Both the position numbers and the translations under genes were made by a program. The notes below the pieces were generated by a model. The model was not told the DNA's origin. It was given only the letters and a program-made list of their open reading frames with translations, and ran no database searches. Positions 32,494 to 42,045 of a stretch of DNA of 64,000 bases are shown here, one piece after another. Numbering within the stretch: the stretch's first letter is position 1; each line of letters begins with the position of its first letter. The stretch comes from Bdellovibrionales bacterium (GTDB lineage: Bacteria; Bdellovibrionota; Bdellovibrionia; Bdellovibrionales; UBA1609), in NCBI GenBank assembly GCA_965116175.1, contig OZ220490.1:65466-129465 (forward strand), read 5' to 3'.

Positions 32494-35435
32494 TTTTTTG
32501 TTTCTTTTTCAGTTGCTGTCAGTTTGTTTTTTTCATCTATCAGTTTATTGATGCGAGTTTCAATTATTTTTCGATCTTCCGCTCCAGGTATAAGGGAAAA
32601 GTATGTGGAGTAATAGGCTCTCGCTTTTTCATACTGATTTTTTGCCTCAAAGATACTTCCTATTTCCTTATAAAACTGTGGGTAGCCTGACAAGCCTTCC
32701 TCTTTAACAAGCTGCAACGCCAACTGAAGGGCTGAATCCATGTTTCCAGATCCTTTATAACACTCAATCAGTCCAATAGAAGTTTCAGTGTCAGTTTTCA
32801 GGTATTTTAAAGCCTTTTGATATTCTTTTGTGCAAAGCTCATATGTTGCCAGTCTTTCCTGAGGATCCTCAAAAGCTCCTTGGGATATCACCCTGTAAAT
32901 GTCACCAGCCAGTTTATAAGGCAGATAATGGTTTGGATTTTTGGCAGATTGGGTTTTGGCGTATTTGAGGGCTTTTTCCAAATTCTCTTCCCCTTCTTGG
33001 AGAAAATTTATTTTGCCAATGTAATAGTGAATAAGAGGATAGTTGGGATTCATCTGTAACACTTTTTCAAACTCGTTTTCTGCCATCTGATGCTCTTTAT
33101 GATTCATATAAGTTTGTGCTGTAAAAAATATAGGTTCTGGATCCGATATATCCAGAAGAGAAGCTTCCAAAAAATATTGTAGAGCTTTCTCATATTTTTC
33201 TCCAGTTCTGCTGCCTTCCTTATCTGATAGATTGCTATAAATTTTGCCTAAAAAAATATAAGCCGGTTTAAAGTTCTTATTTTTTTCAATAATGCCCTTA
33301 AATATGGCTTCAGCCTCTTCATACATATTGAGTTCAAAATAGAATTTCCCTAGGGCCTGGGAATAATCTGTGATACGGGGAAAATGACTGACTAAGTCTT
33401 TTAAATATTTTATAGTTTTACGCTCGTTGTAAGCTAACTGAAGGCTTAAAGCATAGGTTATTTGGGCAGAAATATTATTCATGTCCTCTTGGATAGCTCT
33501 TTCAGCATAGGAAAAGGCTTTGTGGCTTTCATTTAAAGCCCGATGAGCTTTACTCAATAAAATATAAACTTCTGTGTCTGAGGTGTAAAAATCCAGTGAT
33601 CTTTTAGCGTAAGCAACAGTGGCTGTGTATTGTTCCTGACGAAAAGAAAGTAAAGCATAGGCTTTAAACAAATCAAAATTACTGGGTTGTTTGTTTTTAA
33701 CAGCGGCTAAGATTTCTTTGGCACTTTCAAAGTCATAAAGGGCAGAGAGATAATCTGAAAGAAGGAAATAAGCCTCAATCATTTTGCTATCTGCATTTAT
33801 GGATCTTCTCAACCAGCGAATGGCTTGTCCAGAAAATCCCATTTGCCAATAACATTGTGCGGCCTTAAGGGCAGCCGGGGCATTTCTTTTATTATCGGCA
33901 GTATAAGCTTTTTTAAAATTTTCCAGAGCTTTTGAACAATTGCCTTGGTTGACAAGCAAGTCTCCTTTGTAAATAAGCGCCCAGGATTTTACCTGGGTAT
34001 CCTTAAAATCTCCTTCTTGCCCTAATTTTTGTTTTAAATTCATTACATCAGGATGATTGGGATATAGGGCATAAGCTTTGTTCGCATATTTTACAACTTC
34101 TGATCTGTTATTTTGTTTTAGATAAATGTTTGCAAGCGCAATATAGGCTTCAATCAGTATATCAGGCTTAATGGGTTCATTTAAATCCAAAAGGATGGAT
34201 TTTAGGCGTCTTTCACTGTTATTGTATTTCTTGAAATATTTATATTCAAGAATTCCCATTTTTAATCCTGCCGAATTGTGTTTAGGGAAAAGGTGTAAAA
34301 CTTTTTGGTAGAGCTTTGCTGATAGGTCATACTGTTTTTTTTCATAAAATATTTGCGCTCCCAGCATATAGGGAGCTATCCATTCCTGTTGTAATTGGTA
34401 AACGCTCTCAAGATAATTATTGGCCTCTATTGTTCTATTGAGGGCTTTTAAAGCTTTGGCTTTGAGATAATAAAAAAAGAGGGAAACTTTGTTTTCCGCC
34501 TCGTCCAGAACATTGTTTGTTATTCTTAAGGATTTTTCAGGGTTTTTATCTATAAGAGCTTGGACACTTCTGCATAAATCAGAATAGATTCCACTGGGGT
34601 TTTTTTTACTCACAAGATTTAATGCCCTTTTTAAGGCATTTTGGTCTTTTGTGTCTTGGTAAGCAAATGGCCAGATTTCCAGATAAACAAGACAAAGATA
34701 GGAATATATTTCGACCTTATCTGGATGGCCTTCCAAAATTTGAACATACTGTGACTGGGCGTTTAGATAGTTTGACACTGTCCCGCTTAAATAAGCCTTC
34801 ATGCCATTTTGTAATTTTGATTTTAATTCTTTATTTGTCCAAGGTTTTATTGTTTTTCTTATAGGCAAAAGCCGGATTTTTTTCTCACTTCTATTTTCTT
34901 TATCTTGGAAAAGAAAAGCAAAAGCAGCAATAGATAATCCAATCAAAATCAACACAGGTGTTTTTAAAGAGATTTTTAATCTGTCAATAAATTTATCTTT
35001 AATATCCTCCATTTCAATGATTTCACTGTTTTCCTCTTCACTTAAAACATCCTTTTTAAACTTTTCAGAGAGCTTTATTTTAACTCTTTTCTTTTTTTCC
35101 ATTTTTTTTGTGGAGGAATCTTTATCTCTGGGATCGACAATACGGGTGGGTTCTATAATTTCATCCCCAAGGCTGCCTTTTGCAGTACTGGACTGTTCTA
35201 TGGATTTAAACTTTTCAGAGGGAGGAGCTGATTTGTTTTGTTCATTCAACTTGGCTAAAATTTTTTCATAAAAGAAAGGTTGGGAGGAAATAGGTTTCCA
35301 TTTTCCAACAGGGTAAGAAGATAAGAGTTCTTCCCCTTTAAATTTTCCTTCTTCAATATGGAAACCTATTTCTTTTTCACTATAAGGGCCAAGAATATTT
35401 CCGTTTTTATTTTTTATCAGCCATTGTTTGCTCAT
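32490..35435 (-). CDS. GYF_2 (DUF4339)-like N-terminal domain / single TM / multi-TPR repeat protein
   Basis: The N-terminus is WLIKNKNGNILGPYSEKEI...GKWKPIS. One TM helix (VLILIGLSIAAFAFLF) follows. Many TPR-like units follow the pattern (A..Y...G..Y...A...F.kAl.l.P). Confidence 0.7.
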   Translation of the reverse strand: MSKQWLIKNKNGNILGPYSEKEIGFHIEEGKFKGEELLSSYPVGKWKPISSQPFFYEKILAKLNEQNKSAPPSEKFKSIEQSSTAKGSLGDEIIEPTRIVDPRDKDSSTKKMEKKKRVKIKLSEKFKKDVLSEEENSEIIEMEDIKDKFIDRLKISLKTPVLILIGLSIAAFAFLFQDKENRSEKKIRLLPIRKTIKPWTNKELKSKLQNGMKAYLSGTVSNYLNAQSQYVQILEGHPDKVEIYSYLCLVYLEIWPFAYQDTKDQNALKRALNLVSKKNPSGIYSDLCRSVQALIDKNPEKSLRITNNVLDEAENKVSLFFYYLKAKALKALNRTIEANNYLESVYQLQQEWIAPYMLGAQIFYEKKQYDLSAKLYQKVLHLFPKHNSAGLKMGILEYKYFKKYNNSERRLKSILLDLNEPIKPDILIEAYIALANIYLKQNNRSEVVKYANKAYALYPNHPDVMNLKQKLGQEGDFKDTQVKSWALIYKGDLLVNQGNCSKALENFKKAYTADNKRNAPAALKAAQCYWQMGFSGQAIRWLRRSINADSKMIEAYFLLSDYLSALYDFESAKEILAAVKNKQPSNFDLFKAYALLSFRQEQYTATVAYAKRSLDFYTSDTEVYILLSKAHRALNESHKAFSYAERAIQEDMNNISAQITYALSLQLAYNERKTIKYLKDLVSHFPRITDYSQALGKFYFELNMYEEAEAIFKGIIEKNKNFKPAYIFLGKIYSNLSDKEGSRTGEKYEKALQYFLEASLLDISDPEPIFFTAQTYMNHKEHQMAENEFEKVLQMNPNYPLIHYYIGKINFLQEGEENLEKALKYAKTQSAKNPNHYLPYKLAGDIYRVISQGAFEDPQERLATYELCTKEYQKALKYLKTDTETSIGLIECYKGSGNMDSALQLALQLVKEEGLSGYPQFYKEIGSIFEAKNQYEKARAYYSTYFSLIPGAEDRKIIETRINKLIDEKNKLTATEKETKK

Positions 35436-35482
35436 AGTGAAAGTTTATCAAATGTGATATGAATTTGTAAATTAGAGATCAT

Positions 35483-36769
35483 TTATTTTGAAGAACTGCA
35501 AAGCTCTATATTTGCATGAAGAGATTTTAGTTTTAAAAAAAGGTTTTCGTAGCCTCTTTCAATGTGATGAAAGCCATAAATTCTGCTTTCTCCTTTAGCA
35601 GACAAAGAGGCAATGGCCAGCCCGGCTCCTGCTCTTAAGTCTGTTGCCTCCATTGTATGTCCTTTAAGGGGAACAGGGCCTGTAACAAAAGCTTTGTTAT
35701 TCCCTGTAATTTGTATATTAGCCCCTAATAAATTAAGCTGTTTCACATAACGGAAGCGATTCTCAAAAATAGTCTCTTCTAATGAAGAAGGTCCTTCCAG
35801 CTGTGTCATTAAAGCCATAAACTGTGATTGCAAATCTGTTGGAAAAGAAGGGTAAACTCCCGTTTTTATGTCTACAGCTTTATGTTTTTCACCAGATTTT
35901 AAAAGAACTTCTGAATTTTCAGATTCTATAATAAAACCTGCGGATTTTAACTTTTCTAAAAGAGAGCTTAAATGATCGGGTCGGCAGTTTTTTATAAGAA
36001 CCTCTCCTTTTGAGCAGGCCCCGGCAATTAACAAAGTGCCAGCTTCAATGCGATCAGGGATCACTGTATAAGTGTTGCCTGAAGGTTTTAAATAGGGTGT
36101 CCCAATAATTTTTAATTCCCTGGGGGCTGTTTGTTCAATTTGAGCCCCTAAACTTTTCAAGTAGTTTATAAGATCTGTTATTTCAGGTTCACAAGCTGTA
36201 TTTTTAAGTATACTTGTCCCTTTAGCACAAACACAAGCCATAATCAGATTTTCTGTTGCTCCTACGCTGGGAAAATCAAGCTCTATTTCAGAAGCTTTAA
36301 ACCCTTCTTTTGGACTTGACCCATGGATAAAGCCTTTCTCCACAAAAATTTTTGCCCCAAGCTGTCTTAGACCTTTTAAATGAATGTCTATGGGGCGGGA
36401 GCCTATCTCACAGCCTCCAGGCAGGGGGATTGTGATGTTTCCATGACATGCCAGAAGGGGGCCTAGGCATAGAATACTGGCCCGAAAAGAACCTGCGCTT
36501 TCCGGGCAGGGAATGGCATTTGTAAAATCAAAATTTCTAAGAAGAAGTTGATCGGCCGATCTCTTGTAAACTGAACCCAAAGAGGAGAGAATTTTTAAAG
36601 CGAGTTTTACATCTTTTAAATGAGGAACATTTTCAAATTTATGTTCACCTTTAGCCATTAAACTGGCAAATAAAAGAGGAAGTATAGAGTTTTTTGCGCC
36701 TGAAACATTAACCTCTCCTTTTAAAGTCCGGCCGCCATAAATTTTAAGGTAGAAATTTTGGTTATTCAT
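35483..36769 (-). CDS. murA: UDP-N-acetylglucosamine 1-carboxyvinyltransferase
   Basis: Contains VNVSGAKNSILPLLFASLMA and the active-site PGGCEIGSRPID. Confidence 0.93.
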   Translation of the reverse strand: MNNQNFYLKIYGGRTLKGEVNVSGAKNSILPLLFASLMAKGEHKFENVPHLKDVKLALKILSSLGSVYKRSADQLLLRNFDFTNAIPCPESAGSFRASILCLGPLLACHGNITIPLPGGCEIGSRPIDIHLKGLRQLGAKIFVEKGFIHGSSPKEGFKASEIELDFPSVGATENLIMACVCAKGTSILKNTACEPEITDLINYLKSLGAQIEQTAPRELKIIGTPYLKPSGNTYTVIPDRIEAGTLLIAGACSKGEVLIKNCRPDHLSSLLEKLKSAGFIIESENSEVLLKSGEKHKAVDIKTGVYPSFPTDLQSQFMALMTQLEGPSSLEETIFENRFRYVKQLNLLGANIQITGNNKAFVTGPVPLKGHTMEATDLRAGAGLAIASLSAKGESRIYGFHHIERGYENLFLKLKSLHANIELCSSSK

Positions 36770-36773
36770 TTTT

Positions 36774-37631
36774 TTATTTTTTAAAACAAACCGCTATACG
36801 AGGGATTCCTGCTGAATCTTTGTGTATTTCATAAAGCCTCAGCTCTTTTTGCTTGTTGCAAAAACTTTTAACTTTGTTCAATTGATTCCAACCAAATTCA
36901 AAAATATAGATTCCCTTTGAACTTAAAATACTCATTGCTTTTTTAAACCATGAGGTGATATGCCCCATACCTTCTTTATTAGAAAAAAGAGCTAAAGGGG
37001 GTTCAAAAAAATAGACATTCCTGCTTATACTTTTATCTGTTGGAGAAATATAAGGGGGATTGGCTGTTATAAGAGATGGGGAGGCTCCTAAAAACGGCTT
37101 CCATTCGCTGTCTTCTGTCTGACAGACATCTTTTTGCAGGATTTTTAGTCTTTTTTCCACTTGAAAGGTTTTACTATTTTGTTTTAAACATTTAACAGAT
37201 TTAGAGCTAATTTCCAAGGCAACAAAACTGCAATCGGGAAAATGGGATAACAGTGTCAGACAGATTGGACCGGCCCCTGCTCCAAAATCCACAGCTTTGA
37301 AGTCTGTTTTCTGGATATTATTTAAAATCCAGTGGATGAGAGTTTCTGTTTCCTGCCGAGGGATAAAGACACCCCTTTCAAGATAAAACTTTTTTTTAAA
37401 AAAGAATTTTTCTTTTAAAAGATGCTCCAAGGGTTCACCTTGTCTTCTTCTTTGAATGGTGTCAAAATAGAGCCGTTGTTGTTTTTTATTGATATTTTTT
37501 ATTTTAGAATAAATTTCACTTGAGGTGAGATTTAAAACTTCTTCCAAAATCCAGAGACTTTCCTGATAAGGGTTAAAGCTTATTCCTTTAAGTTGTTTTT
37601 TTGATTTATAAAGAAGCTCTAAAGTGTTCAT
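36774..37631 (-). CDS. prmC: Peptide chain release factor N5-glutamine methyltransferase
   Basis: VDFGAGAGPI is the SAM motif. ITANPPYIS is present. The gene lies directly downstream of prfA. Confidence 0.88.
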   Translation of the reverse strand: MNTLELLYKSKKQLKGISFNPYQESLWILEEVLNLTSSEIYSKIKNINKKQQRLYFDTIQRRRQGEPLEHLLKEKFFFKKKFYLERGVFIPRQETETLIHWILNNIQKTDFKAVDFGAGAGPICLTLLSHFPDCSFVALEISSKSVKCLKQNSKTFQVEKRLKILQKDVCQTEDSEWKPFLGASPSLITANPPYISPTDKSISRNVYFFEPPLALFSNKEGMGHITSWFKKAMSILSSKGIYIFEFGWNQLNKVKSFCNKQKELRLYEIHKDSAGIPRIAVCFKK

Positions 37632-37669
37632 ATTTTATATCCTGTTTTTTGAAAATTAATAGCTGAGGA

Positions 37670-38743
37670 TTACCCTTTATTCTTTTGGTTTAAAGCCAAA
37701 TTTTGATAATGCAAATGCAGAGCAGAAAATAATTCGTAAAGGTTTCCTTCCATAATGCTGGTGAGATTTTTTTTTGTAATAGGGATACGGTGGTCTGTCA
37801 AACGAGACTGAGGAAAATTATAAGTGCGGATTCTTTGGGATCGATCTCCCGTTCCCATTTGATCCTGTCTTTTTTTGGATTCTTCTTTTTTCTTTTTTTC
37901 TGTTTGGAAATCCAATAGGCGGGCATATAATATTTTCATGGCTTTTTCTTTATTAGCGTGCTGGGATTTCTCCTGTTGACAATAAACAGTCATTTTTGTT
38001 GGCAAATGAACAATACGAACTGCTGAATCTGTTGTATTAACATGTTGCCCCCCGGCGCCGCTGGAACGGCAGACATCCACACGAATTTCTGAGGGATCAA
38101 TTTTTACATGAACAGAATCAGCTTCCGGTAAGACAACAACCGTTACTGTAGAGGTATGAATACGGCCTTGGGATTCTGTTTTAGGCACCCTTTGCACCCG
38201 ATGAACACCGGATTCATATTTTAAGATACTGTACACTCTGTGCCCACTGATGCCTGCAATAATTTCTTTATAACCTCCAAGATTTCCTTCTGAGATGGAA
38301 ATAATATCCATTTTCCATGATTGGGATTCTGCATAGGAGCTATAAGCCTCAAAAAGATCTTGAACAAATAAACTGGCTTCATCTCCACCGGCTCCTGCAC
38401 GAATTTCCAGAATAACATTTTTTTTGTCATTGGAATTTTCTGGTAAAAGTTGAATCTTTAATTCTTCTTCTTTTGCAGCCAGTTTTTGTGAAAGATTTTG
38501 AGCCTCTTCTTTGGCAAGAGATAAAATATCCTGGTCTTTTTCTTCTTTTAAAAGAGCTTTGTTATCTTTCAGTTGTTTTTTTATATCTTCGTACTCACAA
38601 ATAAGATTATAAGTTTTTTCCAAATGGTGAAATTTCTGACTCAAATTGGCAAAAGCTTTTGAATCCTGAATCAGCTTTGGACTATTGAGCTGTTCTTTTA
38701 GCTGAAGATATTGTTTTTTAATTTGGGATAAACGATCCAACAT
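37670..38743 (-). CDS. prfA: Peptide chain release factor 1
   Basis: SGAGGQHVNTTDSAVRI is the GGQ motif. VQRVPKTESQGRIHTS carries a PxT-type anticodon-like tripeptide (PKT). Confidence 0.93.
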   Translation of the reverse strand: MLDRLSQIKKQYLQLKEQLNSPKLIQDSKAFANLSQKFHHLEKTYNLICEYEDIKKQLKDNKALLKEEKDQDILSLAKEEAQNLSQKLAAKEEELKIQLLPENSNDKKNVILEIRAGAGGDEASLFVQDLFEAYSSYAESQSWKMDIISISEGNLGGYKEIIAGISGHRVYSILKYESGVHRVQRVPKTESQGRIHTSTVTVVVLPEADSVHVKIDPSEIRVDVCRSSGAGGQHVNTTDSAVRIVHLPTKMTVYCQQEKSQHANKEKAMKILYARLLDFQTEKKKKEESKKRQDQMGTGDRSQRIRTYNFPQSRLTDHRIPITKKNLTSIMEGNLYELFSALHLHYQNLALNQKNKG

Positions 38744-38770
38744 ATAAAATTTTTAAACGGGATCTGGGAG

Positions 38771-40243
38771 TTAGCTGCTCATATTGTCAAGAAAAGCCGC
38801 ATTGGTTTTGGCCGCTTTGAGTTTATCAATGAGAAATTCCAAGCTATCCACTACACCCATAGGAGCTAATACTTTCCTCAAAATAAATAAGCGATCCAAT
38901 TCTTTTTTGGACATAAGCAGATCCTCTTTTCTGGTGCCGGATTTATTAATGTCCATACAAGGAAAGATTCTTTTTTCCATAGGTTTTCTATCAAGCTGTA
39001 TTTCAGAGTTTCCTGTCCCTTTAAATTCTTCAAAAATCACTTCATCCATCCTTGAACCTGTATCTACTAGAGCTGTAGCTACAATTGTCAAACTTCCACC
39101 CTCTTCAATATTTCTGGCGGCTCCAAAAAATCTTTTGGGTTTGTGAAGAGCATTGGAATCCACTCCGCCAGAAAGAATTTTACCGGAAGGGGGTATAACT
39201 GTATTATAAGCTCTGGCAAGCCTTGTAATAGAATCCAAAAGCACTACCACATCATATTTGTTTTCTACAAGCCTTTTAGCTTTTTCAATCACCATTTCCG
39301 CCACCTGAACATGCCGATGGGGAGGCTCATCAAAAGTGGAAGAGACCACCTCTCCCTTTACATTACGGGACATATCTGTAACTTCTTCCGGCCTTTCATC
39401 AATAAGAAGGACTATTAGAACCACTTCCGGATGATTTGTTGAAATAGCATTGGCAATATTTTGTAAAAGAACAGTTTTTCCTGTGCGTGGAGGCGCTACA
39501 ATTAAAGCCCTTTGGCCTTTCCCCAAAGGAGCCATTAAGTCCACAACACGGGTTGTAAATTCACTGGGCTTCCATTCCAGACAAAAGCGTTCCTGGGGAT
39601 ATAAAGGAGTGAGATTATCAAAAAGGTTTTTATCTCTGCTTTTTTCAGGTGTATTAAAATTGAGTTGATCTATTTTTAAAAGAGCAAAATATCTTTCTCC
39701 ATCTTTTGGGGGGCGGATTGTTCCACTGATGGTATCTCCACTTTTTAGACCCCACTTTCTGATTTGAGAGGGGCTGACATAAATATCATCCACAGCGGGA
39801 AGATAGTTATAATCCGGTGAACGCAAAAACCCATAACCTTCAGACAGGACTTCCAAGACTCCACTCCCTAAAATATCACCTAATTGTCCTGCTCTTTTTA
39901 AAATTTCAAAAACCATATCCTGGCGTTTCATTCCGCCAGGGCTTTCTATTTTTAACTTATGAGCTAAGTTTGTCAGGGAATGAATGTCTTTTGATTTTAG
40001 GTTTTTTAAGTCCAGACCCTTTTTTTCTTCTTCTGTCAGCTGGATATTGGAGAGATCAATGGTTGAATGTTCTTTTGAATTGTTATCATTGATTGACTTA
40101 TTGTTTCCATTACCATTTCTCATATTACGGCCCCCATAATTGCGCGATCTTTTCCCTCCATTATTTCTGTAGGAATGGGATTTATCACGATGTGAAGGCG
40201 GGGCTCCTGTAAAAGAGGACTTATCTTTTTCTATATCAGACAT
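38771..40243 (-). CDS. rho: Transcription termination factor Rho with ~75-aa N/G/R-rich N-terminal extension
   Basis: Walker A is APPRTGKT. Also present are [13 protein letters not shown] and an RNA-binding OB region ([14 protein letters not shown]). The N-terminal extension includes [32 protein letters not shown]. Confidence 0.93.
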   Translation of the reverse strand: MSDIEKDKSSFTGAPPSHRDKSHSYRNNGGKRSRNYGGRNMRNGNGNNKSINDNNSKEHSTIDLSNIQLTEEEKKGLDLKNLKSKDIHSLTNLAHKLKIESPGGMKRQDMVFEILKRAGQLGDILGSGVLEVLSEGYGFLRSPDYNYLPAVDDIYVSPSQIRKWGLKSGDTISGTIRPPKDGERYFALLKIDQLNFNTPEKSRDKNLFDNLTPLYPQERFCLEWKPSEFTTRVVDLMAPLGKGQRALIVAPPRTGKTVLLQNIANAISTNHPEVVLIVLLIDERPEEVTDMSRNVKGEVVSSTFDEPPHRHVQVAEMVIEKAKRLVENKYDVVVLLDSITRLARAYNTVIPPSGKILSGGVDSNALHKPKRFFGAARNIEEGGSLTIVATALVDTGSRMDEVIFEEFKGTGNSEIQLDRKPMEKRIFPCMDINKSGTRKEDLLMSKKELDRLFILRKVLAPMGVVDSLEFLIDKLKAAKTNAAFLDNMSS

Positions 40244-40367
40244 GTAAATAATAATGATTTCTTAATTTTTGGGTGATTTATCCTTGAAGACTTAAGATTA
40301 GTCTAGTTAAGACATTTGTTTTTGTCAAATAAAAAACTGTAAAATGTATATTTTATACATAATTAAG

Positions 40368-40565
40368 AAGGTTCATGATACTTTAAGTTGACTTAAAAGT
40401 TGGTTAACCTATTGTATTTACATGAAAAATAAGTATTTTATTCGTTCAAGGATTTCGGAGGCTAAATTTAGAGAAATTATCAAGTTATTTGCAGGAGATT
40501 TAACAGCTTGTCAGATAGCTTTATTTTACAACAAATACCAAAATACAAGCTTTTTGGATACTTAA
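40368..40565 (+). mobile_element. Internally deleted IS1595-family relic (IR plus the first ~32 codons of the transposase, then unrelated sequence)
   Basis: aaggttcatgatactttaagttgac is IR-like. The short ORF product MKNKYFIRSRISEAKFREIIKLFAGDLTACQIA aligns with MTGKNKYFTRSRLSEKKFREIIKLFSADLTAQQIS from the intact copy. Confidence 0.7.
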
Positions 40566-40581
40566 AGTTAAGTTATTAGGG

Positions 40582-41847
40582 TTAAACTTCTACATTTGTA
40601 GCCGTGTAGTCAAAATCTCTTTGTTTGCGTTTATTGAGGAACAAACGAATGAGCAAAATTAGAATAACTATAATGACAAGTAAGATGAGGATAATCTCTT
40701 TTTGTTTTATAATTCCAAGACCGCTTGCATCTTTATAATTTTGTATTTCTTCTTTTTTAGGCTCAGGCTGTTCTTTTGTATCTTCTAATTCAATAGGAGG
40801 AGCAAGATCTTCCTGTTCCTGTCCTTGATCTTGGATTTCAACAGGCATTTGAGGAGGCTTGCTTTCAACAGGCATTTGAGGAGGCTTGGAACCTACCGGC
40901 CAATAAATAATACTGGTACTGTTTGATATATTTCCTTTGGATTCTAGGTCTGGATTGGTAGCCCAAATTTCTTTCCAACTGTCAGAATGGCCTAATAATT
41001 GGCTGGCTACCTGTCTTATGTTATCTCCTGGAGAAAGAGTGTAAACGGAGCTTGGGAGATTAACATCCTGATAATAAAATAAGACTCTGGAATTATCTTC
41101 TTTGCGATTGGGAGAATTGTAGTAAATTTTATCTCCAACTTTTACTGTGCGGCGTTGAAGGTAAGGATTGATTTTTCGTAAGTCACTTGTTTGATCAGAG
41201 CCATAAATTTTTTGACTGATGCTTTGAAGATGGTCTCCTGGTCTGACAATATAGACCGCATTGACAAGATAACCGGCTTTTCTATAAGGGAAGCTGCTTA
41301 TTTTTCTAAGAGGAATAAATGCAGGTTTAGGCTTCTCAACTGGAGGCTGAGCTGTTGTTGTAGTTTCCTGTATGTTTTGTTCTGGGGAGGCTGTTGTATC
41401 TTCTGTAGGGGGTTCTTTTTGAGGGCTGGTTTCGTCTACAACAGTGTCTTTCTCCTGTTTTTCTTCATCTTCAAAAAATTCTGTTATTTCTTCTTGTGAA
41501 ACCTCATCATCTTCAGTGTATTCTTCATCTTCATCATAAAATCCGTTCTCCTCATCTATAAGATCAATGTCATCATCCCCATCTGAAGAATCAAAAAGTC
41601 TGCTGAAAAAACCTTTTAAACCTCCTTTTCTTTCTGTTTTTTCATCTTCGGCGTACTCCTCATCTTCGGCGTATTCATCATCTTCAGCGTATTCCTCATC
41701 TTCAGTGTATTCCTCATCTTCAGAAATTGTTTCATCCATCTCATCAGAAAATTTGTCTGATGCCATATCATCACTTTTTCCTTTAAGAATAGCGCATCCA
41801 GGAATAATGAAAAGTAATAGAAGAGTTAGAAGAAGAAAATGTTTCAT
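40582..41847 (-). CDS. Lipoprotein with acidic EDEEY repeats, two LysM domains and a C-terminal TM anchor
   Basis: Lipobox LLFIIPGC. The acidic run is (E/D)DEEY(T/A)ED. The LysM-like blocks are VRPGDHLQSISQKIYG and LSPGDNIRQVASQLLG. SKPPQMPVE occurs twice. The C-terminus is hydrophobic. Confidence 0.65.
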   Translation of the reverse strand: MKHFLLLTLLLLFIIPGCAILKGKSDDMASDKFSDEMDETISEDEEYTEDEEYAEDDEYAEDEEYAEDEKTERKGGLKGFFSRLFDSSDGDDDIDLIDEENGFYDEDEEYTEDDEVSQEEITEFFEDEEKQEKDTVVDETSPQKEPPTEDTTASPEQNIQETTTTAQPPVEKPKPAFIPLRKISSFPYRKAGYLVNAVYIVRPGDHLQSISQKIYGSDQTSDLRKINPYLQRRTVKVGDKIYYNSPNRKEDNSRVLFYYQDVNLPSSVYTLSPGDNIRQVASQLLGHSDSWKEIWATNPDLESKGNISNSTSIIYWPVGSKPPQMPVESKPPQMPVEIQDQGQEQEDLAPPIELEDTKEQPEPKKEEIQNYKDASGLGIIKQKEIILILLVIIVILILLIRLFLNKRKQRDFDYTATNVEV

Positions 41848-42045
41848 TGCTGTCGCTGCGTTGTTATCTGCTTTTTTTCAATTTAAATGGGAAACAAGAC
41901 TGAAGGAAGATAAAAATTTCAAGATTTGGACCATAGTCTTAATATAAAGCTTTAAATAATTGGCTTAAAAAACGGAAAAAGCGTCTAAGTTTTAATAAAA
42001 TTTAAGATAAAGCATAAAAGCGTTATTAAGAGGATTATTTTAATG

